A stretch of DNA of 20,001 nt from Pseudomonadota bacterium. Its GTDB lineage: Bacteria; Bdellovibrionota_B; Oligoflexia; Silvanigrellales; Silvanigrellaceae. Made by a program: the position numbers and the translations under genes. Shown here in pieces: positions 8,517-20,001 of the stretch; within the stretch, counting starts at the first letter, position 1, and each line of letters begins with the position of its first letter. The stretch is taken from positions 1 to 20,001 of the forward strand of contig JBDLRP010000004.1 of assembly GCA_039799905.1 (NCBI GenBank), written 5' to 3'. The notes beneath the pieces were generated by a model. That model worked only from the letters and a program-made list of their open reading frames with translations. It was not told the origin of the DNA and did not search any database.

Positions 8517-9935
8517 ATGGAAACATCAGTCACACTTGCGAATCTTGAAGAACACGTGGACAAACGCTCGCCCCTCGTTTTGGGCAAGGAGACGTTTGCA
8601 TCGGTAACAAATACCGTCGCCCATCCAATGGAGATGAAAACTCCAAAGGCTTGGTGGATTTGTTTCCTGATTGCCCTCTCAGGGCTGGGAGTCCTCGGAG
8701 CATCCATCGGCTACCTATTTTGGGAAGGCGTTGGTGTATGGGGTCTCAACAACCGCGTCGGTTGGGCGTGGGACATCACTAACTTCGTCTTTTGGGTGGG
8801 TATCGGTCACGCCGGAACCCTGATTTCTGCAATTCTGTTCCTCTTCCGCCAGAAGTGGAGAACATCCATCAACCGTGCCGCCGAAGCCATGACGATTTTC
8901 GCCGTGATCTGCGCGCTGGTCTTCCCAGGAATCCACGTGGGTCGTGTTTGGGTTGCTTACTGGCTGTTTCCAATCCCGAACCAAATGGCAATGTGGCCGA
9001 ACTTCCGCAGCCCGCTTCTGTGGGACGTATTTGCGGTTTCGACTTACTTTACCGTTTCGACTCTGTTCTGGTTTGTTGGCCTCATTCCCGACCTCGCCAC
9101 ATTCCGCGACCGGTCGAAGGGTGTGCGTAAATTTGTATATGGCCTTTTCGCTCTGGGTTGGCGCGGTTCTCACCGTCACTGGCTCAACTACGAACGCGCC
9201 TATTTGATCCTCGCTGCTCTCTCGACTCCTCTGGTTCTCTCGGTTCACACCATCGTGAGTTTCGACTTCGCAACTTCACAGCTGCCGGGCTGGCACGCGA
9301 CAATCTTCCCACCCTACTTCGTTGCAGGTGCAATCTTCTCTGGTTTTGCCATGGTGATTAACCTGATGATCATCTGCCGCTGGGTCTTCAAGCTCGAGCA
9401 TCTCGTGACGATGCGCCACTTCGAGAACATGGCAAAGATCATCCTCCTGACGGGTTCAATCGTCGGCTACGCATACGCAATGGAATTCTTCATCGCTTGG
9501 TACAGCGGCAACCCCTACGAGCGTTACATTTTCGTCAGCCGCGCAACAGGACCCTATGCTTGGGCATACTGGACGATGATCACATGTAACGTGATTATCC
9601 CGCAGCTCTTCTGGGTTCGTAAGGTCCGCACCAATCTATGGGCGTTGTTCATCATTTCCGTGTTCGTGAACATCGGTATGTGGTTCGAGCGTTTTGTGAT
9701 CATCGTCACTTCGCTGCACAGAACATTCCTGCCCTCGTCATGGGCCTATTTCCAACCGACCATTATCGACATCTCGACCTTCATCGGTTCGTTCGGTCTG
9801 TTCTTCACGTTGTTCCTTCTCTTTGTGCGCTTCCTTCCGATTGTCGCCATTGCTGAAGTGAAAACAGTTATGCCGGAAGCGGATCCGCATGGGCACGACC
9901 ACGGACACAAACACGCGACAGGAGGAGCACACTGA
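8517..9935 (+). CDS. actC: Alternative complex III subunit C (NrfD/PsrC-family quinol-binding membrane subunit)
   Basis: [77 protein letters not shown]. Confidence 0.96.
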   Translation: METSVTLANLEEHVDKRSPLVLGKETFASVTNTVAHPMEMKTPKAWWICFLIALSGLGVLGASIGYLFWEGVGVWGLNNRVGWAWDITNFVFWVGIGHAGTLISAILFLFRQKWRTSINRAAEAMTIFAVICALVFPGIHVGRVWVAYWLFPIPNQMAMWPNFRSPLLWDVFAVSTYFTVSTLFWFVGLIPDLATFRDRSKGVRKFVYGLFALGWRGSHRHWLNYERAYLILAALSTPLVLSVHTIVSFDFATSQLPGWHATIFPPYFVAGAIFSGFAMVINLMIICRWVFKLEHLVTMRHFENMAKIILLTGSIVGYAYAMEFFIAWYSGNPYERYIFVSRATGPYAWAYWTMITCNVIIPQLFWVRKVRTNLWALFIISVFVNIGMWFERFVIIVTSLHRTFLPSSWAYFQPTIIDISTFIGSFGLFFTLFLLFVRFLPIVAIAEVKTVMPEADPHGHDHGHKHATGGAH

Positions 9936-10474
9936 TGAGCCAGAAGCAAAATCTCTACGGAGTGCTAGCAGAATTTCCGTCGGCACCGTCCATTTACCAC
10001 GCCTGCGAAAAGGTCCGTGACAAAGGCTTCAAGCACTGGGATGCGCACACACCGTTCCCTGTGCACGGCCTCGAAAAGGCAATGGGTCTGAAGGCCAGCA
10101 TCGTTCCTTGGATCGTGCTTGTCATGGGGCTCTCCGGTGCAGCAGGGGGCATGACCCTGCAGTGGTGGATCAGCACGCAAGCCTACCCACTGGCCATTTC
10201 AGCAAAACCATTCTTCAGCTGGCAGGCGTTTGTTCCGGTCACGTTTGAATTAGGCGTGTTGCTGGGTTCATTCGGTGCAGTGTTTGGAATGCTTTTCATC
10301 AACCGTCTGCCGATGTGGTACCACGCGCTTTTTCGCTCGGCTCGCTTCGAAAAAGTGACCGACGACAAATTCTTCATCTCTATTGAAGCGCGCGACCCGA
10401 AATTCGACGCAACCGCAACCTCAAAAATGCTGACCGAACTCGGCGCAACTCATGTGGAGTTGGTGGAACAATGA
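9935..10474 (+). CDS. actD: Alternative complex III subunit D (DUF3341)
   Basis: DAHTPFPVHGLEKAMG, two TM helices, KPFFSWQAFVPVTFELGVL, TDDKFFISI. TGATG overlap with actC. Confidence 0.93.
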   Translation: MSQKQNLYGVLAEFPSAPSIYHACEKVRDKGFKHWDAHTPFPVHGLEKAMGLKASIVPWIVLVMGLSGAAGGMTLQWWISTQAYPLAISAKPFFSWQAFVPVTFELGVLLGSFGAVFGMLFINRLPMWYHALFRSARFEKVTDDKFFISIEARDPKFDATATSKMLTELGATHVELVEQ

Positions 10475-11115
10475 AAATGAATAACTCTGCTTTTTTTGCA
10501 TCGGGTGTGAGTCTGAGCATCGTGCTGGCAGCCGCCGGCCTGATGTCCGCGTGCCGCGGTCAACCATCGGAAGATCCGCCGATTCACCCAAACCTCAACA
10601 TGGACTTCCAAACCAAATACCGTCCGCAAAAGAAGAACGAATTCTTTGAAGACGGACGTGCAATGCGTGAGCCTGTGGCAGGAACAATCGCCCAAGGCCA
10701 ATTGAAGGAAGATTCACAGCTGCACCTCGGAAAGTCTGGCGAGACCTTCGTTAATAAAATTCCGATGCCCATCACGCAGGCTTTTGTTGAACGCGGCCGT
10801 GAACGCTACGACATTTACTGCGCAGTTTGCCACGGTAAAACAGGCGCTGCGAATGGCATTGTTGTGCAAAGAAACGCCGGCATGCTCAAACCGCCAAGCT
10901 TTCACGAAGACCGCCTTGTGAGCATGCCCGCTGGACAAGTCTATGATTCAATCATCAATGGCGTACGTGGCAACATGCCCTCATACTCATATGCAATTCC
11001 TGTCGCGGACCGTTGGGCTATCGTCGCGTACGTGCAAGCCCTGCAATTGAGCCGTCGCGGCTCTCTGGATGATGTTCCCTCTGATATTGCCGCTGCGAAA
11101 GGATGGAAGCGATGA
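10471..11115 (+). CDS. actE: Alternative complex III subunit E, monoheme cytochrome c lipoprotein
   Basis: Signal peptide ending in LMSAC, M.FQ.KY.PQ..N.FF.DGR.MR.PV.GT, single CAVCH, MPSY, DRWAIVAYV. Confidence 0.92.
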   Translation: MKMNNSAFFASGVSLSIVLAAAGLMSACRGQPSEDPPIHPNLNMDFQTKYRPQKKNEFFEDGRAMREPVAGTIAQGQLKEDSQLHLGKSGETFVNKIPMPITQAFVERGRERYDIYCAVCHGKTGAANGIVVQRNAGMLKPPSFHEDRLVSMPAGQVYDSIINGVRGNMPSYSYAIPVADRWAIVAYVQALQLSRRGSLDDVPSDIAAAKGWKR

Positions 11116-12344
11116 GTTCAGGCCATTCAAAAACAATCAACGAAAAAGACATCGTTCTTCCGCAGTCGCACTGGCTGCGCAAGCTGCCTCTGACGGGAAT
11201 CGTTCTCGGCTTGATTTGCCTTCTTGCAGCGCTGGGTCTTGCGCTCGGCAATCACGATAAAGTTGAAACGCTGCAGTGGTCGTTCCACACCTCGTATATG
11301 TACTTTTTGAGCATGGCTCTCGGAAGTCTGTTCTTTGTGTTGGTGCAGTTTGCAACCCGTGCAGGCTGGTCCGTGGTCGTGCGACGGTTCGCAGAGAACT
11401 ACGCTGCAACTCTGCCAATCTTCGGACTACTGTTCCTTCCGATGTTGTTCGGATTCCATAGTCTGTTCCACCACTGGACATCCGAAGAGGCCAAAGCCGA
11501 CCGAATGATTCAGGCAAAGGCCGGGTATCTGAATGAAGAGTTCTTTACTGTCCGCGGCATCGTCTACGTCGTCATCTGGAGCATCTTGGGTCTTTATTAT
11601 TACCGGAACTCGGTGCGTCAGGATGTCACCGGCGACAAGGCAATCACTGCAAAGTTGCAAAAGTCCAGCTACCCCGCGATTGCTTTGTTTGCTCTGAGTG
11701 TATCTTTCTGCGCGTTTGACTGGATCATGTCACTCAGCCCACACTGGTACTCGACGATGCTTGGCGTTTATTACTTCGCCGGCTGCATCATGGTCGTCTA
11801 TGCGCTTCTTTTGCTCACTTCACTCGCCGTGCGCGGCGGTACCAAGATGGGCCACTATATTTCCACCGAGCACATCCACGACCTCGGAAAATTGCTCTTT
11901 GGCTTCAACGTGTTCTGGACCTACATTGCGTTCTCGCAGTACTTCCTCATCTGGTACGGCAACATTCCAGAGGAAACCGAATATTACGCTATGCGCTCGC
12001 TCGGCGAACACGGAGCCCACTGGCTGCCTTGGAGCATTGCGTTGATGGTCGGACACTTCGCTGTCCCATTCCTGTTCCTCATGTCGCGTCACATCAAGCG
12101 CAACAACCTGCTCGTCGGTATTGGCGCGGTGTGGCTCATGATTATGCAGTATGTGGACATCCACTGGCTGATCCGCCCCAACTGGAACAGCGAGCTCAAT
12201 CACTTCGGAATGTTTGACGTTCTGACTCTGGTCGGCATCGGCGGCCTGTTTATCGGCACGGCAACACTGCTTCTCACCCGCAAGAGTCTTCTGCCGCAAA
12301 AAGATCCGCGGCTGGCAGAATCACTTGCCTTTGAAAATCTCTGA
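11112..12344 (+). CDS. actF: Alternative complex III subunit F (ActC paralog membrane subunit)
   Basis: AGWSVVVRR..E, K.GYLN..FF, FDWIMSLSPHWYSTM, HDLGKLLFGF..FWTYIAFSQY.LIWYGNIPEET. ATGA overlap with actE at 11112-11115. Confidence 0.93.
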   Translation: MSSGHSKTINEKDIVLPQSHWLRKLPLTGIVLGLICLLAALGLALGNHDKVETLQWSFHTSYMYFLSMALGSLFFVLVQFATRAGWSVVVRRFAENYAATLPIFGLLFLPMLFGFHSLFHHWTSEEAKADRMIQAKAGYLNEEFFTVRGIVYVVIWSILGLYYYRNSVRQDVTGDKAITAKLQKSSYPAIALFALSVSFCAFDWIMSLSPHWYSTMLGVYYFAGCIMVVYALLLLTSLAVRGGTKMGHYISTEHIHDLGKLLFGFNVFWTYIAFSQYFLIWYGNIPEETEYYAMRSLGEHGAHWLPWSIALMVGHFAVPFLFLMSRHIKRNNLLVGIGAVWLMIMQYVDIHWLIRPNWNSELNHFGMFDVLTLVGIGGLFIGTATLLLTRKSLLPQKDPRLAESLAFENL

Positions 12345-12359
12345 GAAGGGGAAGAGGAC

Positions 12360-12695
12360 ATGGAAAAGAAAACTCTTGATCAACATCATCAGACGGCAGG
12401 ACAAACATCTATTGAGCCTGACAACCTTCCGGTTAAGAGTATTGCTTGGATGGTCGTCGCTCTGATTGTCATCGTGGTGGCAACGTTCGTGGCTATGAAT
12501 CAGCTCTATTGGATTACCAGTACGAGCGAGATTCAAACCAAAGAACTCGATGTTCCGAACACGTTGCTCACGACAATCCAGAATGCGGACAAAGAAGAGC
12601 TGGGCAACTACGCAGAATTGGACAAGCAAAAAGGTGTCTACCGCTTGCCGATTGAAGATGCCATCAAGCTTTATGTGAAGAAAAACGGCAACTGA
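12360..12695 (+). CDS. actG: Small single-TM protein, probable ACIII subunit G
   Basis: Lies between actF and sco. One TM helix and a C-terminal GVYRLPIEDAI, resembling the G.V.IPI..AM pattern I associate with ActG. SD GAGGA upstream. Confidence 0.65.
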   Translation: MEKKTLDQHHQTAGQTSIEPDNLPVKSIAWMVVALIVIVVATFVAMNQLYWITSTSEIQTKELDVPNTLLTTIQNADKEELGNYAELDKQKGVYRLPIEDAIKLYVKKNGN

Positions 12696-12718
12696 TTGAA
12701 AGGTTTTGGCAGGAAAAA

Positions 12719-13615
12719 ATGGTTTTGAAGGCGTCAGTCACAAGCAAACTCAAATCCCTCGCGGGAGTCGGCACCACGGTGCTGACTGCTTTGCTTTGCG
12801 CGCTTTCGATTCCAAGCGCCGGTGACGAAAATCCTGAAGCTCACCGCGAAGCTGTCCGGCCGGACCTCCAGACTCCCAAGAAACTCGACAACGTTACCAT
12901 CGTCGAAAAGTTGGGCACGAATCTCGCAGTCAGAGACATGTTTTTCCGCAATAACTCGCAGGGACCTGCGCTGTCGTTTGACCAGCATTTGCAGCCCAAT
13001 CTGCCGACGATGCTCACTTTGAACTACTTTCAGTGCACTGCGCTTTGTTCAATCCAGCTCAATGCCTTGGTGGACGGGCTCAAAAAGCTCGACTACCTGC
13101 CCGGCCGGGACTTCAATCTCGTGAGTGTCAGCTTCGACACGCGAAACTCTCCCGAACTGGCACAGGCCAAGCAGGAAAACTATTTGCAGAGCTTGGGACG
13201 AGAAGGAGCGGCGTGGAAATTTCTTGTGGGTGAGCAGAAGTCCATCGACCTGTTGGCAAGCTCGGTGGGATTCCAGTACCGCTACGACGAAGAGACAGAT
13301 CAATTTGCCCACACGGCAGCTGTGTTCTTTTTGTCTCCCGACTTCAAGGTGGCACGCTACCTCTACGGACTGCAGTACTCACCTCGTGACCTCAAATTCG
13401 CACTCGTCGAGAGCTCAAAAGGACGTCTGGGCTCCCCCATCGAAAAACTCATCCTGCGCTGCTTTCACTTTGATGAGCTCGCAGGCAAGTACACGCCCAT
13501 CGCCATGAATTCGATGCGCGTGGCCGGCATCCTATTTTCTATCTTCTTATTGATTTTGGTTGTTGTCCTTTTTCGTAGAGAAAAGGCGCTTCATCGCGAG
13601 GAGTACGCACAGTGA
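12719..13615 (+). CDS. SCO family protein (SCO-2, ACIII/oxidase operon type)
   Basis: Signal-like N-terminus, YFQCTALCSIQLN (CxxxC), VSFD, FAH (conserved His), RYLYGLQY.PRDLK, LRCFHFD and a C-terminal TM helix. Confidence 0.9.
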   Translation: MVLKASVTSKLKSLAGVGTTVLTALLCALSIPSAGDENPEAHREAVRPDLQTPKKLDNVTIVEKLGTNLAVRDMFFRNNSQGPALSFDQHLQPNLPTMLTLNYFQCTALCSIQLNALVDGLKKLDYLPGRDFNLVSVSFDTRNSPELAQAKQENYLQSLGREGAAWKFLVGEQKSIDLLASSVGFQYRYDEETDQFAHTAAVFFLSPDFKVARYLYGLQYSPRDLKFALVESSKGRLGSPIEKLILRCFHFDELAGKYTPIAMNSMRVAGILFSIFLLILVVVLFRREKALHREEYAQ

Positions 13616-14601
13616 ACCTAGGCTTTGCTCTTGGACATATGATGGCGCAGGCATCGAACACCGCATCATGGTGGAAGCCGATTCAGGCCTCCTCCCATGC
13701 CGCTGCGGTGGATAACCTGTTTAACTTCATTATGTACCTTTGCTTCTTTTTCTTTGTTCTCATCGTCGGAGCCATGGTTTATTTCGTGGTGAAGTATCGC
13801 CGCAAAGGAAACGGCCCCGAACGCACGAGTCCCATCAAGGGCAACCACAGGCTGGAGATTGTCTGGAGTGTGATCCCGACTATTTTGCTCGTGATCATTT
13901 TCGCATGGGGTTTTAAGGACTGGCTCGCAATTGCGGTTGTTCCGAACAACGCCATGGAAATCCGAGTGACAGGTCAAAAGTGGAACTGGACGTTCACCTA
14001 CCCCAAGGAAGGCATTGTCTCCTCGGATTTGGTGGTGCCTGCGGGTCAGCCGGTGAAGCTCGTGATGACCTCGTCCGACGTTCTTCATAGCTTCTATATT
14101 CCCGACTACCGCATCAAGCGTGACGTGGTTCCGGGCCGCTACACGGTGCTTTGGTTTGAGCCATCAGAGCCTGCTGTGCATCAAATCTACTGTACGGAGT
14201 ACTGCGGTACATCGCACTCGCAGATGCTCTCCAAGGTCAAAGTGCTCGACAGCGCCAAGTACGAAGAATGGATTGCCAATGGCGGTGAAGAAGGCGGTGC
14301 TTCGGCAGTTCCGCTCGCCGACAAAGGTCAAAAGCTCTACGAATCTCGCGGCTGTGTGGCTTGCCACTCCAACGACGGTTCACAGAAAGTCGGCCCGACG
14401 TGGAAAGGACTCTACGCCGCACAGCGTAAGTTCGCCGACGGAACATCCGCGGCTGCTGACGAAAACTATCTTCGCCAGTCGATTCTTGTTCCGGGTGCAC
14501 AAGTGCTTGCAGGCTATGCCAACGTTATGCCCAGCTACCAAGGGCAGCTGAATGACAAACAAATCGAATCCATCATTGAATACATCAAGACTTTGAAGTG
14601 A
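13612..14601 (+). CDS. coxB: Cytochrome c oxidase subunit II with fused C-terminal cytochrome c (caa3-type architecture)
   Basis: Two TM helices, [17 protein letters not shown], CuA ligands DVLHSF and [13 protein letters not shown]-terminal CVACH with MPSY. GTGA overlap with sco; the start could be the ATGs about 27-30 nt downstream. Confidence 0.96.
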   Translation: MNLGFALGHMMAQASNTASWWKPIQASSHAAAVDNLFNFIMYLCFFFFVLIVGAMVYFVVKYRRKGNGPERTSPIKGNHRLEIVWSVIPTILLVIIFAWGFKDWLAIAVVPNNAMEIRVTGQKWNWTFTYPKEGIVSSDLVVPAGQPVKLVMTSSDVLHSFYIPDYRIKRDVVPGRYTVLWFEPSEPAVHQIYCTEYCGTSHSQMLSKVKVLDSAKYEEWIANGGEEGGASAVPLADKGQKLYESRGCVACHSNDGSQKVGPTWKGLYAAQRKFADGTSAAADENYLRQSILVPGAQVLAGYANVMPSYQGQLNDKQIESIIEYIKTLK

Positions 14602-14612
14602 GAGGTCCGCAC

Positions 14613-16301
<1,689 letters not shown>

Positions 16302-16304
16302 GAC

Positions 16305-17003
16305 ATGACGCAACCATCATCTTCTCATGCATCATCGGCCGGTCATCATCACCCCAAGTATCTTGCGCATCATTTTGAATCGATGGCGCAACAGAACGCT
16401 TCGGGCAAACTGGGAATGTGGCTTTTTCTCGGTCAGGAAGTGCTGTTTTTTAGCGGCCTTTTCCTTGCCTATGTTCTGGCCCGCATCATCTATCCAGAAA
16501 CTTTTCTTGCAGCGCACGAACTGCTCGACTGGAAACTGGGCGCACTCAACACGATCTTCCTTCTGACAAGCTCGCTGACGATGGCGCTCGCCGTGCGCGG
16601 TGCGCAGGTCAACAGCAAGCCGCAGATGTTCTACAACATCCTCGCCACACTTGTTCTCGGCGGAGCCTTCATGGTCGTGAAGTACATCGAGTACTCACAC
16701 AAGTTTCATGACGGTTTGCTCCCTGGACACTTCTTCGATGCGACCAAGGCAATGCACAACGGCCAGCTTGCCAACATCCCCGGCGCACCTGCCATCTTCT
16801 TTGCTATCTACTTTGTCATGACCGGTACGCACGGCTTGCACGTGCTTATTGGTATGGGACTCATGGTGTGGCTGCTGGTGCGAATCAAGCGAGGCGATTT
16901 CAACTCAGAAAATCATGTGTATCTTGAGAACGTGGGCCTTTATTGGCACATCGTCGACCTGATCTGGATTTTCCTGTTCCCACTTCTTTACCTTGTACGC
17001 TGA
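16305..17003 (+). CDS. coxC: Cytochrome c oxidase subunit III
   Basis: GMWLFLGQEVLFFSGLF, NT..LLTSS.TM, TGTHGLHV, GLYWHIVDLIWIFLFPLLY. Confidence 0.96.
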   Translation: MTQPSSSHASSAGHHHPKYLAHHFESMAQQNASGKLGMWLFLGQEVLFFSGLFLAYVLARIIYPETFLAAHELLDWKLGALNTIFLLTSSLTMALAVRGAQVNSKPQMFYNILATLVLGGAFMVVKYIEYSHKFHDGLLPGHFFDATKAMHNGQLANIPGAPAIFFAIYFVMTGTHGLHVLIGMGLMVWLLVRIKRGDFNSENHVYLENVGLYWHIVDLIWIFLFPLLYLVR

Positions 17004-17021
17004 TCGGGAGGCGAAAGACGT

Positions 17022-17435
17022 ATGTTTCAAAAACTTCGTAGCCTAGTTGTGAAGTCGTCCGCAGCGCACGCCGGCGGACACGGCGATGAGCCGCACGTAT
17101 TGCCGTTGTCCACATACTTCGCAGTGTTCGGTTCGCTGCTCGTGCTGACAGTGCTCACGGTCGTTGTGTCAGTCATTGGTCTGCCGCAGCCTGCCTCCAT
17201 CATCGTTGCGATGGTTGTTGCGATGATCAAGGCGAGCCTTGTCGTCCTGTGGTTTATGCACCTCAAGTTCGACGACCGCTTCTACAGTTTGATCTTTGTT
17301 ATCTCTCTCCTCTTCCTCGTACTGTTCTTTGCCTTCACGTCATTCGACCTGCTGACCCGTGGTCAGGTCAATCCGGAAGAGAGCACCTTTTCGCAGGACG
17401 GATCGTTGCTGAGACACGAGTTCATGAAGAAGTAA
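17022..17435 (+). CDS. coxD: Cytochrome c oxidase subunit IV family protein
   Basis: Three TM helices, Y..VF..LLVLT..TV, KASLV.LWFMHLK. SD GGAGG upstream. Confidence 0.9.
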   Translation: MFQKLRSLVVKSSAAHAGGHGDEPHVLPLSTYFAVFGSLLVLTVLTVVVSVIGLPQPASIIVAMVVAMIKASLVVLWFMHLKFDDRFYSLIFVISLLFLVLFFAFTSFDLLTRGQVNPEESTFSQDGSLLRHEFMKK

Positions 17436-17453
17436 TTCTTCGCCGAACCCACA

Positions 17454-17488
17454 AAAAAACCGGAGCGCCGCGCGGCCTCCGGTTTTTT
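17454..17488. terminator. Bidirectional rho-independent terminator between coxD and fabH
   Basis: AAAAAACCGGAG-cGCCgcgcGGC-CTCCGGTTTTTT: a perfect 12-bp outer inverted repeat with A and T tracts on each side, between convergent genes. Confidence 0.9.
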
Positions 17489-17510
17489 ATTTCATTGAGT
17501 ATTAAACTCC

Positions 17511-17528
17511 CATGACTCAACTTTCCCA
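17511..17528 (+). repeat. Right copy of the short imperfect direct repeat (CATGACTCAACTTTCCCA)
   Basis: See 4566-4588; intergenic, between the cox terminator and the fabH stop. Confidence 0.45.
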
Positions 17529-17531
17529 GGC

Positions 17532-18566
17532 TCACCAACGGATGAGGTTGCAGCCCCATGTAAACCCAGCTCCGAAGGCAAGTGTCAGAACCAGCTGACC
17601 TTCTTTGAGCTTTCCTTGCTCGACAGCTTCCGACATACAAATTGGAATGGTTGCGGCAGTTGTATTGCCGTACTTCTGGATGTTGTTGAAGACACGATCT
17701 TCACTGACTCCGAGCTTCTCGCGCACAGCTTCGTTGATGCGCAGATTTGCCTGATGAGGAACAACCAGATCGATTTCCGAGGGATGCACTCCATTGCGCT
17801 GGAGCACAGTCGAGGCCACTTCCAACATACGGGTGACTGCATTCTTGAACACAACACGACCGTCCATCTTCGGGTGGATGTCGCCATTTTCAATGGACTC
17901 GCGAGTCAGGAATCCAGCCGTCGTTGAACCAGGGGCCTTGAGAAACAGCAGCTGCGCGCCGGAGCCGTCGCTGCCCATCGCTGAATCAATCACGCCACGG
18001 ACGTTGTTGCGGGGTGTTGGCCGCTCTTGAGCGGCAGAGCTCTGCGCCTCGACAACCAACGCTCCCGCTCCATCACCGAACAATACCGCCATGTCGCGGC
18101 CACGATTGCTCATGTCTAGAATGGGCGATTGCACTTCCGAACAAACAAGCAAAATACGTTTGGCCATTCCCGCACGAATGTAGGCATCGGCTGTGGCCAA
18201 GCCATAGATCAGGCCGCTGCACTGAGCACGCAGGTCGATGGCGGGGACGTTCTTCATCTCGAGCTTGTTTTGCAGGACCGTCCCGATACCTGGGAAAAAA
18301 TAGTCCGGAGACAAAGTCGCAGCGATAATCATATCGCAATCTTGCGGGGTGACCCCGGCGCGCTGACACGCCATTTGGATAGCGGGGATCGCCAAATCGG
18401 ATGTGGTGGTGCCCGGCTCGACAAAGCGGCGTTCACGAATTCCCGTTCGCTCGATGATCCAGTCGTCACTGGTGTCCATGTGCTTGGACAAGTCGAAATT
18501 CGTAACTACCCGCGACGGTACGTTGTGACCAACTCCGCGAACGACCGAACTGAACACATTCGTCAT
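17532..18566 (-). CDS. fabH: 3-oxoacyl-ACP synthase III (KAS III)
   Basis: DTSDDWIIERTGIRERR, catalytic triad in AQCSG, PHQAN and YGNT, LFGDGAGA, AFGAGFTWG. SD GGAGG (cctcc at 18573-18577). Confidence 0.95.
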   Translation of the reverse strand: MTNVFSSVVRGVGHNVPSRVVTNFDLSKHMDTSDDWIIERTGIRERRFVEPGTTTSDLAIPAIQMACQRAGVTPQDCDMIIAATLSPDYFFPGIGTVLQNKLEMKNVPAIDLRAQCSGLIYGLATADAYIRAGMAKRILLVCSEVQSPILDMSNRGRDMAVLFGDGAGALVVEAQSSAAQERPTPRNNVRGVIDSAMGSDGSGAQLLFLKAPGSTTAGFLTRESIENGDIHPKMDGRVVFKNAVTRMLEVASTVLQRNGVHPSEIDLVVPHQANLRINEAVREKLGVSEDRVFNNIQKYGNTTAATIPICMSEAVEQGKLKEGQLVLTLAFGAGFTWGCNLIRW

Positions 18567-18606
18567 ATGTAACCTCCGGATTCAACCGCTCTTTGAATGA
18601 CGCGAA

Positions 18607-18636
18607 ATATTACCCATAGACTGACCATTTGGACAA
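18607..18636 (-). promoter_or_regulatory. Possible sigma70-like promoter for fabH
   Basis: On the - strand, TTGTCC (18636-18631), 18 nt spacer, TAATAT (18612-18607), about 40 nt upstream of the fabH ATG. Motif match only. Confidence 0.3.
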
Positions 18637-18719
18637 ATTTTCTTATCGTTCCGGCTCGTGGGATATTTGGCGGGCCGGCTGCAATGATGTTAAGCATTAC
18701 CTGTTCATAGGAGTTTCAG

Positions 18720-20001
18720 ATGCTGATCCGCCTGCACGTCCAGAATCTTGCCATTGCTGAAAATGTATGCGTCACATTGACCCATGGTCTGAACATCATC
18801 ACCGGTGAGACGGGTGCCGGCAAATCACTTCTCGTCGACGCACTCGCACTTCTGCGCGGCTGCAAGGCAGACCTCTCGCTCATCCGTGACGGCACCGACT
18901 CGGCATCCGTGAGCGGCAGTTTCCGTCTCAAACCAGAATCTCAGGTTTGGAGCCTCTTGGAGGCAAACGGCTGTATCCGAGATTCCGACTCACCCGACGA
19001 AGTGACAATCCGCAGGGTGCTGAGCCGCTCCGGCAAACACCGCTGCTACATCAACGACACGCAAATCAGCACACGGGTGTTGCAGGATATTTCTGCAGAA
19101 CTCATCGACATCAGCAGCCAATTTGAGAACCAAAAGCTGCTCAATCCGGACACCCACACGTGGTACCTCGATGAATTTGCCGGCAGCACCGACCTCAGAG
19201 TCGAGTATGCCGAATCGTGGAATACGGCCTGGACTCACGTAGCTGAAATCGAACGCCTTGAGCGGGAGCTGTCGCTGCAAAAGCGGGAGCAGGATCTTTG
19301 TCAATTTGAACTCGACCAAATCGATCAGGCTGATTTACGTGACGACGAATGGACCCGTGTTCAACGCGTTGTCGCGCTGGGCCAAAAGGCCGCACAGGCA
19401 GGCCGCCTGACAGGCGACTTGCGCTATATGATCTCCGACTCTGAACAAAGTTTTGTGTCGCAGCTGAATCTTTGCCGCAAATCGGTCGAGCGTCTCGGCA
19501 AACTCGCAGGCAACGAGACCCTCCCCCTGAATACCGAAAAAATCGACGAGATTTCTGCACATATTGAGGACCTTCTGCAGCAGCTGGACTCAACCGAAGA
19601 TCTCTTCCGCATCGACGAGCACGAACTCCAAGAGGCTTTTGCCCGTTCGGAAACATACAACACCCTGCTGCAGAAATTCGGGCCTTCGCTCGACGATATC
19701 CGCGCACACCGTGAGCAATGCCTGCAAAAATTGTCGGAAAGCAGCGCACTGCATGAACAGCTCGCACAGGCGCGCGCGCTTTTCCGACAGGAAGTCAATG
19801 CGACGATCGCCCTCTCGGCGGAGCTCAGCAAAAAGCGCAAGGCTGGCCTTGCGGGCATCAGCCATGCAATTCAAAAGGCACTCGCAGAACTGGGCATGCC
19901 GCGCACGCAATTCATCTGCGAATTGCAGACCGGCAATGCTATCACGCCACCGCGGAGTGTGGGAACTTCTGCAGCAGAGTTGCTTTCAAGCGAAGAGCTC
20001 G
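18720..20001 (+). CDS. recN: DNA repair protein RecN (3'-truncated by the window edge; not in the ORF track)
   Basis: Hand translation from ATG 18720 (SD AGGAG at 18709-18713): MLIRLHVQNLAIAENVCVTLTHGLNIITGETGAGKSLLVDAL...IRRVLSRSGKHRCYIN...LIDISSQFENQKLL...YLDEFA, then coiled coil, ...ELSKKR...LAELGM. No stop codon before the window end. Confidence 0.93.
   Translation, partial: MLIRLHVQNLAIAENVCVTLTHGLNIITGETGAGKSLLVDALALLRGCKADLSLIRDGTDSASVSGSFRLKPESQVWSLLEANGCIRDSDSPDEVTIRRVLSRSGKHRCYINDTQISTRVLQDISAELIDISSQFENQKLLNPDTHTWYLDEFAGSTDLRVEYAESWNTAWTHVAEIERLERELSLQKREQDLCQFELDQIDQADLRDDEWTRVQRVVALGQKAAQAGRLTGDLRYMISDSEQSFVSQLNLCRKSVERLGKLAGNETLPLNTEKIDEISAHIEDLLQQLDSTEDLFRIDEHELQEAFARSETYNTLLQKFGPSLDDIRAHREQCLQKLSESSALHEQLAQARALFRQEVNATIALSAELSKKRKAGLAGISHAIQKALAELGMPRTQFICELQTGNAITPPRSVGTSAAELLSSEEL

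Noticed and set aside
18567..18719. LexA/SOS box upstream of recN
   Set aside because: No adequate match to CTGT-N8-ACAG or GAAC-N4-GTTC; only an isolated CTGTTC half-site is present.
18716..19910. Cluster of short minus-strand ORFs that made the right end look unannotated
   Set aside because: They are antisense to recN, which the track missed because its stop codon lies outside the window.

Overview
Bacterial window (roughly 50-55% GC by eye) dominated by aerobic respiration genes on the + strand. In order: the 3' end of an ABCC/MRP-like ABC transporter; a translationally coupled oxidase-biogenesis cluster (an unknown membrane-anchored 8-Cys protein, heme O synthase ctaB/cyoE, an ABC-2 ATPase and permease, SCO-1); a complete alternative complex III operon (actABCDEF plus an actG-like gene); a second SCO; and a type A2 heme-copper oxidase with cytochrome c fused to subunit II (coxBACD), ending at a bidirectional terminator. 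A stand-alone fabH follows on the - strand, and a divergent recN (absent from the ORF track) runs off the right edge. The ACIII-oxidase arrangement is known. The least explained parts are the Cys-rich CX10C protein and the ABC-2 exporter inside the biogenesis operon, the lack of ctaA in the window, and a short near-direct repeat bracketing the act-cox operon. No RNA genes, CRISPR arrays or mobile element genes were seen.
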